Assembly: GCA_964036045.1 (NCBI GenBank)
Contig: OZ038378.1
Coordinates: 53,878,001 to 53,942,000 of the forward strand
Direction of reading: 5' to 3'
Source: Eutreptiella sp. 'Long Island Sound 2002'
Taxonomy: Eukaryota; Protista; Euglenida
DNA length: 64,000 nucleotides
This document shows, piece after piece, positions 1 through 12,171 of this stretch. Within the stretch, counting starts at the first letter, position 1. The number at the start of each line of letters is the position of its first letter. The notes under the pieces were generated by a model. It did no database searches. It was given only the letters and a program-made list of their open reading frames with translations, and was not told the origin of the DNA. The position numbers and the translations under genes are program-made.

Positions 1-670
1 TTATGTGATCACAAGATCAAAAAAATAGAATTTAGAATCTTTGAGTTTTGAGCTGTATAAGCTGAAAACGTGCATAAGCAGGTTGTGCACCAAGCCCGTT
101 TGACCCCCCCCCCCCACCGCCCCGCACCCAATACGCAAATAGGGTGAACAACACATAAATACGGCCTACAACATGCCTTATATACCTTGGATGGTCATTA
201 TAGGTCATCACGGAATCGAAAAATTCAGAACCTTCCATTTTTGAGCAGCCCAAGGTCCAAAACTGCATAAGCAGGTTGTGCACCAATCCCTTGGGAGACC
301 CCCCCCCCCGGGCCCAATACCCAAATAGGTGCAAAACACAGAACTACGGCCTAAAACATGCTTTACATACCTTGGATGGTTATTTTAGGCTATTACGGAA
401 TCAAAAAAAAAGTTTCGGACACTTCCATTTTCGAGTTGTCCAAGGTGAAAAACCGCACCAGCAGGTTGTGTACCAATCCCTTGGGAGACCCCCCCCCCCC
501 GGGCCTAGTACCCAAATAAGGTGAAAACCATGCAAATACGGCCTAAAACATGCTTTGCATACCTTGGATGGTCATTTTAGGTGATCACAATATCAAAAAA
601 GTAAGTTTCGGAAACTTCGATCTTTGAGTTGTCCAGGGTCAAAAACTGCATGAGCATGTTGTGCACCGGC
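1..670. repeat. ~190-bp tandem repeat, about 3.5 diverged copies
   Basis: The anchor GCATAAGCAGGTTGTG and its variants recur at 72, 265, 455 and 648 (spacing 190-193 bp). The same family occurs inverted at ~36095-36400. Confidence 0.85.
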
Positions 671-874
671 CCATTCACTCATGAACTTGATATCCGGCAC
701 GTTAGGTCACACAATGGATTCCAAAGCCCATAACAATGAGGACCAACGGCTCATACATACCACCGCGCTTCCCAGGAAGGCGAACAATGCAGTCGGATGG
801 GCAAATCAACGACTTGCCAGCCACCGTGGGGAACGGCAATGTGTCCCATGGCTGCAGCAAACCTCGAGAACTGA

Positions 875-1366
875 ATGGAACGAAGCACCAGTTTTGCCGC
901 CCCTTGCACCATGGCCCCTCCACCTGACAATCTTGGTGAAGTCGGACCATGCACAGGATGCAACAAGAAGCAAAGCGCAAGCAAAAGGTCCCCTTGCACG
1001 TTGTGTCAAGAAGAGCTGGTGTGCTGGAGCTGCTCCCAGGCTGGTACATGTTGTTGGGCGTGCCGCACCCACCCACGTTGGCACTTGGAATTCAAGGCGA
1101 AGACGGTCACCGACATCCCTAGTCTACCGTGTACGGCAAGCTTCTTCATGTTCCGCGACGAGAATACCCACTTGTATCTCACGGTGGTTGACATGCCTTG
1201 GGCAGTCGCGGAAGTGCGGAGGATGGGGGACACCGCACCCAGCCCTGAGCATTGTCCATGGTGTGACTTTTGCAATGGCAACTCCATCATTTCCACCGCT
1301 TCCGACACCGTTCTTGCCACCGTGCACGTCCCCCCGGGTATGGGTATCATCCTTTGCAACGTATAG
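875..1366 (+). CDS. Cys-rich hypothetical ORF, probably transposon cargo or a fragment
   Basis: 163-aa ORF with several CxxC pairs (CTGC, CTLC, CWSC, CWAC, CPWC-xx-C). No family recognised. Confidence 0.3.
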   Translation: MERSTSFAAPCTMAPPPDNLGEVGPCTGCNKKQSASKRSPCTLCQEELVCWSCSQAGTCCWACRTHPRWHLEFKAKTVTDIPSLPCTASFFMFRDENTHLYLTVVDMPWAVAEVRRMGDTAPSPEHCPWCDFCNGNSIISTASDTVLATVHVPPGMGIILCNV

Positions 1367-1699
1367 TTTGGGGGCTTTGCATTTCGGTCTCCTCCTGTTT
1401 CGCAGTTCCCAACCACACGCGGTCGTGTCTTTTGGTGCACGCTTCTTTCCCCGCAAACGCCTGTCTTGGATTATTGTATGGCGCGGTACTACGGCTGGAT
1501 CACCCCATGGGAAAAACAATCCTCAAGGGTTTCCAAGTTGGCAACACCAAAGAAAGGAACCGGGCCCAGTGTGGCAGCGGCGACAGCGAGACGGAGGATG
1601 CAGTGCATTGGACGTGTGCCTGTCAGCATGTGCACTACCTAGACAACTCCCACTCTGCGCACAACGCGCGTTTGCCAATTTCTTGTGCGATCCGTGTGT

Positions 1700-1840
1700 T
1701 GCGACAGCCGCCTACGACAGGCATCAAGACAGCCCCATGTCCCGTGACAGCCCCCCACGACAGCCCTACCGACAGCCTCCAACGACACACCGTGTCTTGT
1801 ACCTTGTCTTCATCCCTTTGTCCCACGACAGCCCCCCTCT
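1700..1840. repeat. GACAG/CTGTC-rich short-motif array
   Basis: About 9 CGACAG/AGACAG-type motifs at 10-15 bp spacing. Similar arrays lie at 21255-21330, 22252-22440 and 25350-25505. Confidence 0.7.
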
Positions 1841-1845
1841 CTAGT

Positions 1846-2376
1846 CTTGGGGGTACGAACCTGATATCCGAAGGTCTCGGCCCACACCCGGGATAGGCAG
1901 TTTCACTGTTGCAGAAAAATGACCACAAACCCCCAACAAATCTTCATATTTCCGAAAACACCACTTTTCAACCAACACTGTTTTGGGGATTCCTCTTGTG
2001 CCACCCCAAACTACCAAGGCTTTCACTGTCAATAGTGAAACCCTTGGGTCACGTTTGTGCTGTACCATGCTCTGGGCTGTATGCAACCCCTTAGTCCTAT
2101 CTACATACCCCCCCTTGGGATGGTATTGGTGGTTCATTTTTGGGGGGATGGATTATATGAGCACCAAGGTGTGCTTAATAGTGCAGGTTAGTTTCACTGT
2201 CAACAGTGAAACTCTGCCTTGCTCCGGAGGATATGACATAGCATCAATGACTGGAGCACATAACTGCAGGAACTCGATGAGCGGAAACAGTTTCACTCTT
2301 GACAGCGAAACTATCTGTGATACCGTGGTGTGTGTGTATGTACTGAGAAAGCGGTAACACGCCAGCTATGGGTATA
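1846..2376 (-). mobile_element. Short non-autonomous derivative of the 13339-21251 element, in inverted orientation
   Basis: 2363-2376 (CAGCTATGGGTATA) is the reverse complement of 13339-13352 with one mismatch. 1846-1960 matches the reverse complement of ~21100-21251 (TTGGGG-TACGAACCTGA, GTTTCACTGTT, GCAGAAAAAT, TCATATTTC). Palindromes at 2020-2041, 2191-2212 and 2290-2311, plus a half site at 1900-1910. Confidence 0.75.
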
Positions 2377-2959
2377 GTAACCCAATGGGCTATCAGACTT
2401 CAGACTTCAGACTTTTATGGGCCATCACCCCCAACCCCCAACCCCCCAAGCCCCCCATGATAGGCCTTTGCCCCCCCCCCCCCCCCAGTATCACACTTGT
2501 GCTTTGACCCCCATATCAGACTTGGCTCCCCCCCCTTTTCTCTTGCCCAATTCTGCACCTTGCTTCCTTTGCAGACCATGACCGTAGGCATGAACTAGGT
2601 ATGTGAATAACAACAGGGTCAGTTTTGCTGGTGGGCTACCCCAACGCTCAACCCGAAACCCCCCATCAGGCTTTTCTCCCCCCCCCCCACCCTGTCCGCA
2701 AAAAAAAAACGCAAAAAAATTAATTATTGGCTTCACTCCTTGCGCAAAAATGGGTTACGCAAAAAAATCGCAAAAAAAATATAATTTTTGCCCCTGCCCC
2801 CCTTTTTGCAAGAATGCCAGAATCGCGGGAGAGTTTGCCCCACTGCTTGTTGTCCCCCTCTTCCGTGTCTCATGCCCCGTTCTGCACCTTGCTTTGCTTT
2901 CAGAGAATGATGTATCCAGGATTGTGACAAGTGTTAAAATACCGTGCGACGCACGGTAG

Positions 2960-3125
2960 TGGAATTTGGCTGCTGATGTGCCCCAAAGCAAATAAAGGGG
3001 CTAGTTTGGGCCGTGGATATTTGAATGTGGTTGCTGATGCAGATAAAGGGGCTACTTCGGGATGTGCATATTTGAATGTGGCTGTTGATGTGCCCCAAAG
3101 CAGATAAAGGGGCTAGTGCAGGATA
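2960..3125. repeat. Short tandem repeat, about 3 diverged copies of ~50-60 bp
   Basis: Recurring GCTGATGTGCCCCAAAGCA-ATAAAGGGGCTA and ATATTTGAATGTGG. Confidence 0.65.
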
Positions 3126-3185
3126 TCGCGTTGCCAGTCTTTTTGTGATTGCAATTTGTTTGTTGGTTGTTGGTACAAAGGAGTT

Positions 3186-3405
3186 TTAGTACATTTCGGG
3201 GGGTTTTTTAGTACATTTCGGGGGGGGTTTGAGTACAGTTAGGGGGGTTTTTTAGTACAGTTAGGGGGTTTTTTAGTACAGTTAGGGGGTTTTTTTTAGT
3301 ACATTTGGGGGGGTTTTTTAGTGCATTTCAGGGGATCTTTTAGTACATTTCCAGGGGTTTTGTAGTACGTTTTGGGGGGCTTTTTAGTACATTTCGGGGT
3401 ATTTT
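3186..3405. repeat. ~21-22-bp minisatellite (TAGTACATTTCGGGGGGTTTTT), about 10 copies
   Basis: Directly visible tandem units. Confidence 0.85.
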
Positions 3406-4989
3406 CGGGGCAATGTGAGCCCTGAATCTCAGTCCAGGGAGACAGGCGATGCACGGTCATGGAAGCACATGTGATTGTACATTCAGTGTTTTGCTTCACA
3501 TTGCTCTGTGTATGTGTTTTGCATTCTTTGTGTGTCTGCCTGGAGGGGCATTCTGCTTTGCTTCACACCCCCCGATTTCAGTGGGGTCCCCCATTTAGTG
3601 TGGGGGACCCAATTTTTCCATTGTCTACCGTATACGGTCTACCCCCCTCTCCCCGCTCTCGACTCTTCCCCTCTTTTTTTCAATTGAACGGGGGCCCGCA
3701 GCAGTGTCTCTTCTGCCAAAAACAATTTTTTTTGCAGGTGCGCCTGCTATTTTCCACATGGCATTTTTTTTCTGTCAGTTAAACGACACGTTTTGCAGGG
3801 TTGGTGCCTGGGTGGGGTGCAAGGGGTTCTTCGCCGGGTGTGGGGGGCCCGAGAGGACGCCCAAGCACCAGAGAGTTAAGGATAGCGAGGCTGAGGGGGG
3901 GGTTGTGAAAAGGGGCTCCAAGGGCCACAAGCTTACTTCCTCAGTACAAATGTCTACACTTGTTGGTTGAACAAAATTTTTCAACATACTTCAGCATAAT
4001 CACTTATCCGGGGTGCCCTGAATTTTTCTGGTGTCCTATAAGGACAGTCACAGTAATGTTTTTTTTTCCCACTACGGGAGCCACTTTCTTTTTGCCTGTG
4101 CTTGTGCCTGTGCTTAGCTGCTCGGGTTCCCCTGCGAGGGGGGACCCTGTCAGTTAGTTAAAGGTCAACATTTTTTTCTTTTAAGGAACATTGGTTACAG
4201 GGTTACCCTGAACTATTTTTGCATCTTACCCCATTCTGCCCTTTGCTTCGCTTTTAGAGAATGTCGGTGACGGGAACGTTGGTTGATTGCTGGCGGGTGC
4301 ATGATGTTGTTTTTAATGCGTGTGTATGTGTGTATGTGTGGGCATGTGTGGGTGTCTGTATGTTTGCTCTGGGTCCCCCTGCAAGGGGGGACTCATCGGC
4401 TAGGCAGCCATACCCCTTAAACCCCTCCCCTCTGCTCTCGACCCCTTCTCCGACCCTCTGTTAAACAACCAGCACAAACAAAAGTCAGTTAAACACAAGG
4501 GGGCCACTGACAGCACCGCTTTCGGAAATTTTTTTTTTCATTTTTGGAGAACACTTTCTTGCCTGTTAAACGGTGCTGTCTGATGGCGGGGTGCCTGGGC
4601 AGGCAGGCTTGCCTTCACTGCCCTACAGGGGGGGGGGGGGGGGAGGACGCCCGGGCACCCAAGGGGTCAGAGAGAGCAGGGTGGGATGTAAAAATAAAAA
4701 CCTGTAAGTTCCCCTCCACCCTCCCCGCCTGGGCGGTCCACATGGACCAACCCCTCCTGGCTTCGGCTTCCACACATTTTTAAGGATTTCAAGAGGTTAG
4801 GGATGTTGCAGACAATACAATTTTCTGTGATTTGCCTTGGTGCTTTAGTTAGGAATAGCCCCTGCACTGTACCGCACCACACTGCACTACACTCACTGCA
4901 CTGAAACCGAGAACCCCTGAATTTCCTGTTTGTGGTTGCGATTGTGCATTTGTTCCTTGTCAGCATGCCTCGGTGTGCCACCCATGACA

Positions 4990-6038
4990 TCTCCAATGGC
5001 CAGACCTTGGCACTGCTACATCCTCCAATGCAAATTTGCTTTGCGCTGAACGTTCTGACACTGCTAACAGTTCCAACAGTTCTTCTGACGATTCCTGGGA
5101 CACTTCTTCTGATGATTTTTCGGACAGTTCCTCTGACAGTTCTTGTACCAGTTCCTCCAACAGTTCTTCCGACGATTCATCTGACTAGTCTTCTGACAGT
5201 GACCCTAACTATGGTTCTGTGTGCAGTTGCACTACTAAATCGGACAAAGGGTGTGTGGGTCTGACCTAACGTCTCAAGGATTTGCCCATTTGCCTAGGCC
5301 CATTGCATCTCATTGCGGTGTTCTTCCCCTGCCTGCGTACCCTGTCCCTCAATCTTTGTGAAAATTCTGTGGGAGAGAGTGTGGCACATGCGCTTGCAGC
5401 GCTGAAAGATGCCGCCTCACTGCATACCCTCTACCTCGATCTTTGTGCAAATATCGTGGGAGGCAGTGGGGCACAGGCGCTTGCAGCGCTGAAGGATGCC
5501 GCCTCACTGCATACCCTGTCCCTCGACCTTTGTGGAAATTCTGTTGGAGACAGCGGGGCACAGGCGCTTGCAGCGCTGAAGGATGCCCCCTCACTGCATA
5601 TTCTGTCCCTCGATCTTGGGCAGAATTCTCTGGGAGAGAGAGGGGCACAGGCGCTTGCAGCGCTGAAGGATGCCCCCTCACTGCATACCCTGTCCCTCGA
5701 TCTTGGTGATAATTTTGTCGGAGACAGTGGGGCACAGATACTTGCAGCGCTGAAGGATGCCGCCTCACTGCATACCCTGTCCCTCAATCTGAGGTCCAAT
5801 TCCGTGGGAGGCAGTGGGGCACAGGCGCTTGCAGCGCTGAAGGATGCCCCCTCACTGCATACCTTGTCCCTCAGTCTTAGGCAGAATTCCGTGGGAGAGA
5901 GTGGGGCACAGGCGCTTGCAGCGCTGAAGGATGCCCCCTCACTGAATACCCTGTCCCTCGCTCTTAGTGGGAATTCCATGGGAGGCAGTGGGGCACAGGC
6001 GCTTGCAGCGCTGAAGGATGCCCCCTCCCTGAATACCC
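4990..6038 (+). pseudogene. Ribonuclease-inhibitor-like leucine-rich repeat protein (28-aa/84-bp repeats), disrupted
   Basis: About 8.5 repeats of LHTLSLDLxxNSVGxSGAQALAALKDAPS in 5330-6038. The same frame extends upstream through a Ser/Asp-rich tract with in-frame stops TAG 5186-5188 and TAA 5267-5269. The last repeat is cut off by the satellite near 6040. Confidence 0.8.
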
Positions 6039-6057
6039 GGAGTGTCCGCGCGCGCCG

Positions 6058-9000
6058 CCGTGAATTATATCACCCCTCCGTGAATTATTTACCCCCCTCC
6101 GTGAATTATTTGACCCCTCCGTGAATTATTTACGCCCCTCCGTGAATTTTTCTACCCCTCCGTGAATTATTTACCCCCCCCCCGTGAATTATTTACCCCC
6201 CTCCGTGAATTATTTGACCCCTCCGTGAATTATTTACCCCCCTCCGTGAATTATTTTACCCCTCCGTGAGTTATTTAACCCCCTCCGTGAATTATTTTAC
6301 CCCTCTGTGAATTATTTCACCCCTCCGTGAATTGTTTACCCCCCTCCGTGAATTTTTTGACACCTCTGTGAATTATTTCACCCCTCCGTGAATTGTTTAC
6401 CCCCCTCCGTGAATTATTTGACCCCTCTGTGAATTATTTACCCACCTCCGTGAATTATTTGACCCCTCTGTGAATTGTTTACCCCCCTCCGTGAATAATT
6501 TTTCCCCTCCGTGAAGTGTTTACCCCCCTCCGTGAATTATTTTACCCCTCTGTGAATTATTTCACCCCTCCGTGAATTGTTTACCCCCCTCCGTGAATTA
6601 TTTGACCCCTCTGTGAATTATTTACCCCCCTCCGTGAATTATTTTACCCCTCCGTGAATTGTTTACCCCCCTCCGCGAATTGTTTACCCCCCTCCGTGAA
6701 TTTTTTGACCCCTCTGTGAATTATTTACCCCCCTCCGTGAATTATTTGACCCTTCTGTGAATTGTTTACCCCCCTCCGTGAATTATTTTACCCCTCCGTG
6801 AAGTGTTTACCCCCCTCCGTGAATTATTTACCCCCCTCCGTGAATTATTTGACCCCTCTGTGAATTATTTACCCCCCTCCGTGAATTATTTTACCCCTCC
6901 GTGAATTGTTTACCCCCCTCCGCGAATTGTTTACCCCCCTCTGTGAATTATTTGACCCCTCTGTGAATTATTTACCCCCCTCCGTGAATTATTTGACCCT
7001 TCTGTGAATTGCTTACCCCCCTCCGTGAATTATTTTACCCCTCCGTGAAGTGTTTACCCCCCTCCGTGAATTATTTACCCCCCTCCGTGAATTATTTTAC
7101 CCCTCCGTGAATTATTTACCCCCCTCCGTGAATTATTTTACCCCTCCGTGAATTATTTACCCCCCTCCGTGAATTATTTTACCCCTCCGTGAATTATTTA
7201 CCCCCCTCCGTGAATTATTTGACCCCTCCGTGAATTGTTTACCCCCCTCCGTGAATTATTTCACCCCTCCGTGAATTATTTTACCCCTCTGTGAATTGTT
7301 TACCCCCTCCGTGAATTATTTACCCCCCTCCGTGAATTATTTTACCCCTCCATGAATTATTTATGCCCCTCCGTGAATTATTTTACCCCTCCGTGAATTG
7401 TTTACCCCCCCCGTGAATTATTTTACCCCTCCGTGAATTGTTTACCCCCCTCTGTGAATTATTTGACCCCTCCGTGAATTATTTACCCCCCTCTGTGAAT
7501 TATTTGACCCCTTTGTGAATTGTTTACCCCCCTCCGTGAATTATTTTACCCCACCCCGAATTATTTACCCCCCTCCGTGAATTATTTTACCCCTCCGTGA
7601 ATTATTTACCCCCCTCCGTGAATTATTTTACCCCTCCGTGAATTATTTACCCCCCTCCGTGAATTTTTTTTACCCCTCCGTGAATTGTTTACCCCCCTCC
7701 GTGAATTATTTGACCCCTCCGTGAATTATTTACCCCCCTCCGTGAATTATTTTACCTCTCCGTGAATTGTTCCCCCCCCTCCGTGAATTATTTTACCTAT
7801 CCGTGAATTATTTTACCTCTCCGTCACGGAGGGGGGTAAACAATTCACGGAGGGGTAAAATAATTCACGGAGGGGGGTAAATAATTCACGGAGGGGTAAA
7901 ATAATTCACGGAGGGGGGTAAATAATTCACGGAGGGGTAAAAAAATTCACGGAGGGGGGTAAACAATTCACGGAGGGGTAAAATAATTCACGGAGGGGGG
8001 TAAAAAATTCACAGAGGGGTAAAATAATTCACGGAGGGGGGTAAACAATTCACAGAGGGGTGAAATAATCCACGGAGGGGGGTAAATAATTCACGGAGGG
8101 GTGAAATAATTCACGGAGGGGGGTAAACAATTCACGGAGGGGTGAAATAATTCACGGAGGGGGGTAAATAATTCACGGAGGGGTAAATAATTCACGGAGG
8201 GGGGTAAACAATTCACAGAGGGGTCAAATAATTCACGGAGGGGGGTAAACAATTCACNNNNNNNNNNNNNNNNNNNNNNNNNNNNNNNNNNNNNNNNNNN
8301 NNNNNNNNNNNNNNNNNNNNNNNNNNNNNNNNNNNNNNNNNNNNNNNNNNNNNNNNNNNNNNNNNNNNNNNNNNNNNNNNNNNNNNNNNNNNNNNNNNNN
8401 NNNNNNNNNNNNNNNNNNNNNNNNNNNNNNNNNNNNNNNNNNNNNNNNNNNNNNNNNAATTCCAGGTAATTCACGGAGGGGGGTAAACAATTCACGGAGG
8501 GGTGAAAAAATTCACGGAGGGGGGTAAATAATTCACGGAGGGGTAAAATAATTCACAGGAGGGGGGTAAATAATTCACGGAGGGGTCAAATAATTCACGG
8601 AGGGGGGTAAATAATTCACGGAGGGGTAAAATAATTCACGGAGGGGGGTAAATAATTCACGGAGGGGTAAAATAATTCACGAGGGGGGTAAACAATTCAC
8701 GGAGGGGTAAAATAATTCACAGAGGGGGGTAAATAATTCACGGAGGGGTCAAATAATTCACGGAGGGGGGTAAATAATTCACGGAGGGGTAAAATAATTC
8801 ACGGAGGGGGGTAAATAATTCACGGAGGGGTAAAATAATTCACGGAGGGGGGTAAATAATTCACAGAGGGGTAAAATAATTCACGGAGGGGGGTAAATAA
8901 TTCACGGAGGGGTAAAATAATTCACGGAGGGGTAAAATAATTCACGGAGGGGGGTAAATAATTCACGGAGGGGTCAAATAATTCACGGAGGGGGGTAAAC

Positions 9001-12000
9001 AATTCACGGAGGGGTAAAATAATTCACGGAGGGGGGTAAATAATTCACGGAGGGGTAAAATAATTCACGGAGGGGGGTAAACAATTCACGGAGGGGTAAA
9101 ATAATTCACGGAGGGGGGTAAATAATTCACGGAGGGGTAAAATAATTCACGGAGGGGGGTAAATAATTCACGGAGGGGTAAAAAAATTCACGGAGGGGGG
9201 TAAACAATTCACGGAGGGGTAAAATAATTCACGGAGGGGGGTAAACAATTCACAGAGGGGTGAAATAATTCCACGGAGGGGGGTAAATAATTCACGGAGG
9301 GGTGAAATAATTCACGGAGGGGGGTAAACAATTCACGGAGGGGTGAAATAATTCACGGAGGGGGGTAAATAATTCACGGAGGGGTAAATAATTCACGGAG
9401 GGGGGTAAACAATTCACAGAGGGGTCAAATAATTCACGGAGGGGGGTAAACAATTCACGGAGGGGTCAAATAATTCACGGAGGGGGGTAAACAATTCACG
9501 GAGGGGTAAATATTTCACCCCTCCGTGAATTGTTTACCCCCCACCGTGAATTTTTTTACCCCTCTGTGAATTGTTTACCCCCCTCCGTGAATTATTTTAT
9601 GCCTCTGTGAATTGTTTACCCCCCTCCGTGAATTATTTTACTCCTCCGTGAATTATTTACCCCCCTCCGTGAATTATTCTACCCCTCCGTGAATTATTTA
9701 CCCCCCTCCGGGAATTATTTTACCCCTCCGTGAATTATTTACCCCCCTCCGTGAATTATTTGACCCCTCCGTGAATTGTTTACCCCCCTCCGTGAATTAT
9801 TTTACCCCTCCGTGAATTATTTACCCCCCTCCTTGAATTATTTTACCCCTCTGTGAATTATTTACCCCCCTCCGTGAATCATTTGACCCCTCCGTGAATT
9901 GTTTAGCCCCTCCGTGAATTATTTGACCCCTCGGTGAATTGTTTACCCCCCTCCGTGAATCCTTTGACCCCTCCGTGAATTATTTACCCCCCTCCGTGAA
10001 TTATTTGACCCCTATGTGAATTGTTTACCCCCCTCCGTGAATTATTTTACCCCTCCATGAATTGTTTACCCCCCTCCGTGAATTTTTTTTACCCCTCCGT
10101 GAATTTTTTACCCCCCTCCGTGAATTATTTTACCCCTCTGTGAATTATTTACCCCCCTCCGTGAATTATTTTACCCCTCTTGGAATTGTTTACCCCCCTC
10201 CGTGAATTATTTTACCCCTCCGTGAATTGTTTACCCCCCTCCGTGAATTATTTGACCCCTCGGTGAATTATTTACCCCCCTCCGTGAATTATTTGACCCC
10301 TCTGTGAATTGTTTACCCCCCTCCGTGAATTATTTTACCCCTCCGTGAATTGTTTACCCCCCTCCGTGAATTTTTTTTACCCCTCCGTGAGTTATTTACC
10401 CCCCTCCGTGAATTATTTACCCCCCTCCGTGAATTATTTACCCCCCTCCGTGAATTATTTGACCCCTATGTGAATTGTTTACCCCCCTCCGTGAATTATT
10501 TTACCCCTCCATGAATTGTTTACCCCCCTCCGTGAATTTTTTTTACCCACCCGTGAATTATTTACCCCCCTCCGTGAATTATTTTACCCCTCTGTGAATT
10601 ATTTACCCCCCTCCGTGAATTATTTGACCCCTCTGTGAATTATTTACCCCCCTCCGTGAATTATTTCACCCCTCCGTGAATTGTTTACTCCCCTCCGTGA
10701 ATTATATGACCCCTCTGTGAATTGTTTACCCCCCTCCGTGAATTATTTACCCCTCCGTGAATTATTTACCCCCCTCCGTGAATTATTTCACCCCTCCGTG
10801 AATTCTTTCACCCCTCCGTGAATTGTTTACCCCCCTCTGTGAATCATTTCACCCCTCCGTGAACTATTTACCCCCCTCCGTGAATTATTTCACCCCTCCG
10901 TGAATTGTTTACCCCCCTCCGTGAATTATTTTGCCCCTCTGTGAATTGTTTACCCCCCTCCGTGAATTTTTTACCCCTCCGTGAATTATTTACCCCCCTC
11001 CGTGAATTATTTTACCCCTCTGTGAATTATTTACCCCCCTCCGTGAATTATTTTACCCCTCCGTGAATTGTTTACCCCCCTGCGTGAATTATTTGACCCC
11101 TCCGTGAATTGTTTACCCCCCCTCCGTGAATTATTTGGGCCCTTCGTGAATTTTTTACCCCCCTCCGTGGATTATTTTACCCCTCTGTGAAATGTTTACC
11201 CCCCTCCGTGAATTATTTTACCCCTCCGTGAATTATTTACCCCCCTCCGTGAATTATTTTACCCCTCTGTGCATTGTTTACCCCCCTCCGTCAATTATTT
11301 TACCCCTCCGTGAATTATTTACCCCCCACCGTGAATTATTTTACCCCTCCGTGAATTATTTACCCCTCCGTGAATTATTTACCCCCCTCCGTGAATTATT
11401 TTACCCCTCTGTGAATTATTTACCCCCCTCCGTGAATTATTTTACCCCTCCGTGAATTGTTTACCCCCATGCGTGAATTATTTGACCCCTCCGTGAATTG
11501 TTTACCCCCCCTCCGTGAATTATTTTACCCCTCCGTGAATTGTTTACCCCCCTCCGTGGATTATTTTACCCCTCTGTGAAATGTTTACCCCCCTCCGTGA
11601 ATTATTTTACCCCTCCGTGAATTATTTACCCCCCTCCGTGAATTATTTTACCCCTCTGTGCATTGTTTACCCCCCTCCGTCAATTATTTTACCCCTCCGT
11701 GAATTATTTACCCCCCACCGTGAATTTTTTTACCCCTCCGTGAATTATTTACCCCTCCGTGAATTGTTTACCCCCCTCCGTGAATTATTTCACCCCTCCG
11801 TGAATTGTTTACCCCCCTCCGTGGATTATTTTACCCCTCTGTGAATTGTTTACCCCCCTCCGTGAATTGTTTTACCCCTCTGTGAATTATTTACCCCCCT
11901 CCGTGAATTATTTCACCCCTCCGTGAATTATTTACCCCCCTCCGTGAATTGTTTCACCCCTCCGTGAATTGTTTACCCCCCTCCGTGAATTATTTGACCC

Positions 12001-12165
12001 CTCTGTGAATTGTTTACCCCCCTCCGTGAATTATTTACCCCTCCGTGAATTATTTACCCCCCTCCGTGAATCCTTGCACCCCTCCGTGAATTATTTGACC
12101 CCCCTCCGTGAATTATTTGACCCCTCCGTGAATTATTTGACCCCTCCGTGAATTATTTGACCCCT
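6058..12165. repeat. 21/22-bp satellite (CCGTGAATTATTTACCCCCCT alternating with CCGTGAATTATTTTACCCCT), ~6.1 kb, with an internal inverted block at 7825-9510
   Basis: Directly visible. Orientation flips at CTCCGT|CACGGAG (7824/7825) and GGGGTAAA|TATTTCACCCC (~9510). Confidence 0.95.
8258..8457. other. Assembly gap (200 N)
   Basis: Run of N inside the satellite. Confidence 0.99.
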
Positions 12166-12171
12166 GTGTGT

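Noticed and set aside
7837-9460. Near-identical blocks on both sides of the N gap as a biological duplication
   Set aside because: This may be redundant contig overlap around the gap and cannot be judged without reads.
8091-12151. ORFs such as MFTPLRELF... in the satellite
   Set aside because: They are translations of the tandem repeat or run through Ns.
6058-12165. Telomeric repeat
   Set aside because: The 21/22-bp unit is internal and flanked by ordinary sequence on both sides, with no TTAGGG-type arrays.
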